A stretch of 60,327 bases of DNA from a virus (Duplodnaviria > Caudoviricetes), in IMG/VR virus record IMGVR_UViG_3300032053_000079, positions 1-60,327 of that record. One strand, 5' to 3'. The translations under genes and the position numbers were made by a program. Below are positions 59,986-60,327 of the stretch, in pieces. The notes under the pieces were generated by a model, which saw nothing but the letters and a program-made list of their open reading frames with translations, searched no databases and was not told the DNA's origin. Every line of letters begins with the position of its first letter. Positions within the stretch are counted from its first letter, which is position 1.

Positions 59986-60327
59986 ATGCCATCTGTAAAA
60001 AACATAAAAAAGGTTCCAACCTGGATTTGGGTGCCTCCTATATCAAGTCCTAACGCAACTATTTTACTCGAAGATTCAACTACAGGAACTACTTATGATA
60101 TTACAGATAGAATAGTAAGTGGTGAATATACAGACGGAGTTACTGAAACTATCGGAAACTTTAATTTTACAATAGATAATTCAGACCAGTATTATATTGG
60201 AATAATAAGTCTTTATGATAAGATTAAAGTTTATTATGACTATAATGCTACTCCTTCTACACTTAAATTTGTTGGACTTATTGAAAAAGTAAGTAATCAA
60301 AATGAAAATTTAAGAGTATCTGGTCGT
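59986..60327 (+). CDS. 5' part of the tail hub protein (continues into 1-1304)
   Basis: SD AGGAG, ATG 59986 (MPSVKNIKKVPTWIWVPP...); open to the window end. Confidence 0.8.
   Translation, partial: MPSVKNIKKVPTWIWVPPISSPNATILLEDSTTGTTYDITDRIVSGEYTDGVTETIGNFNFTIDNSDQYYIGIISLYDKIKVYYDYNATPSTLKFVGLIEKVSNQNENLRVSGR
60203..60327. repeat. Terminal direct repeat, right copy
   Basis: Identical to 1-125. Confidence 0.97.

Overview
The window is best read as a complete, circularly permuted genome (about 60,202 bp; bases 1-125 repeat exactly at 60203-60327) of an AT-rich tailed virus of siphovirus type. BRE/TATA promoters about 25 nt before start codons, U-rich terminators and N-x-S/T-saturated secreted proteins point to an archaeal host; a DPANN lineage such as Pacearchaeota/Woesearchaeota is my inference. 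A minus-strand block (3.1-24.2 kb) holds small early/accessory genes: RusA, HNH nucleases, SSB, SWIM and RHH/HTH proteins, a P-loop ATPase, a radical SAM enzyme and a 1.6-kaa LamG protein. A plus-strand block (24.7 kb round to 2.9 kb) holds an RNA ligase-like protein, a C5 DNA methyltransferase, TerL, portal, protease/scaffold, MCP, neck, tail tube, tape measure, Dit and hub genes, interleaved with large membrane-anchored glycoproteins, two glycosyltransferases and two tRNA genes. I found no polymerase, primase, helicase, integrase, reverse transcriptase or CRISPR array. The strongest unexplained signals are: (1) a transposase-less IS200/IS605-like element carrying a radical SAM gene, inserted at an ATGA start codon; (2) a complete type II hammerhead ribozyme; (3) three further structured RNA candidates, one inside an ORF; (4) a modular set of signal-peptide adhesins with exact GC-rich 31-bp repeats and paralogous partner genes; (5) a pseudo-palindromic TTGTGTAA motif at near-fixed spacing before late promoters; (6) probable ATA/ATT start codons. 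All calls come from motif recognition by eye; no searches or folding programs were run.
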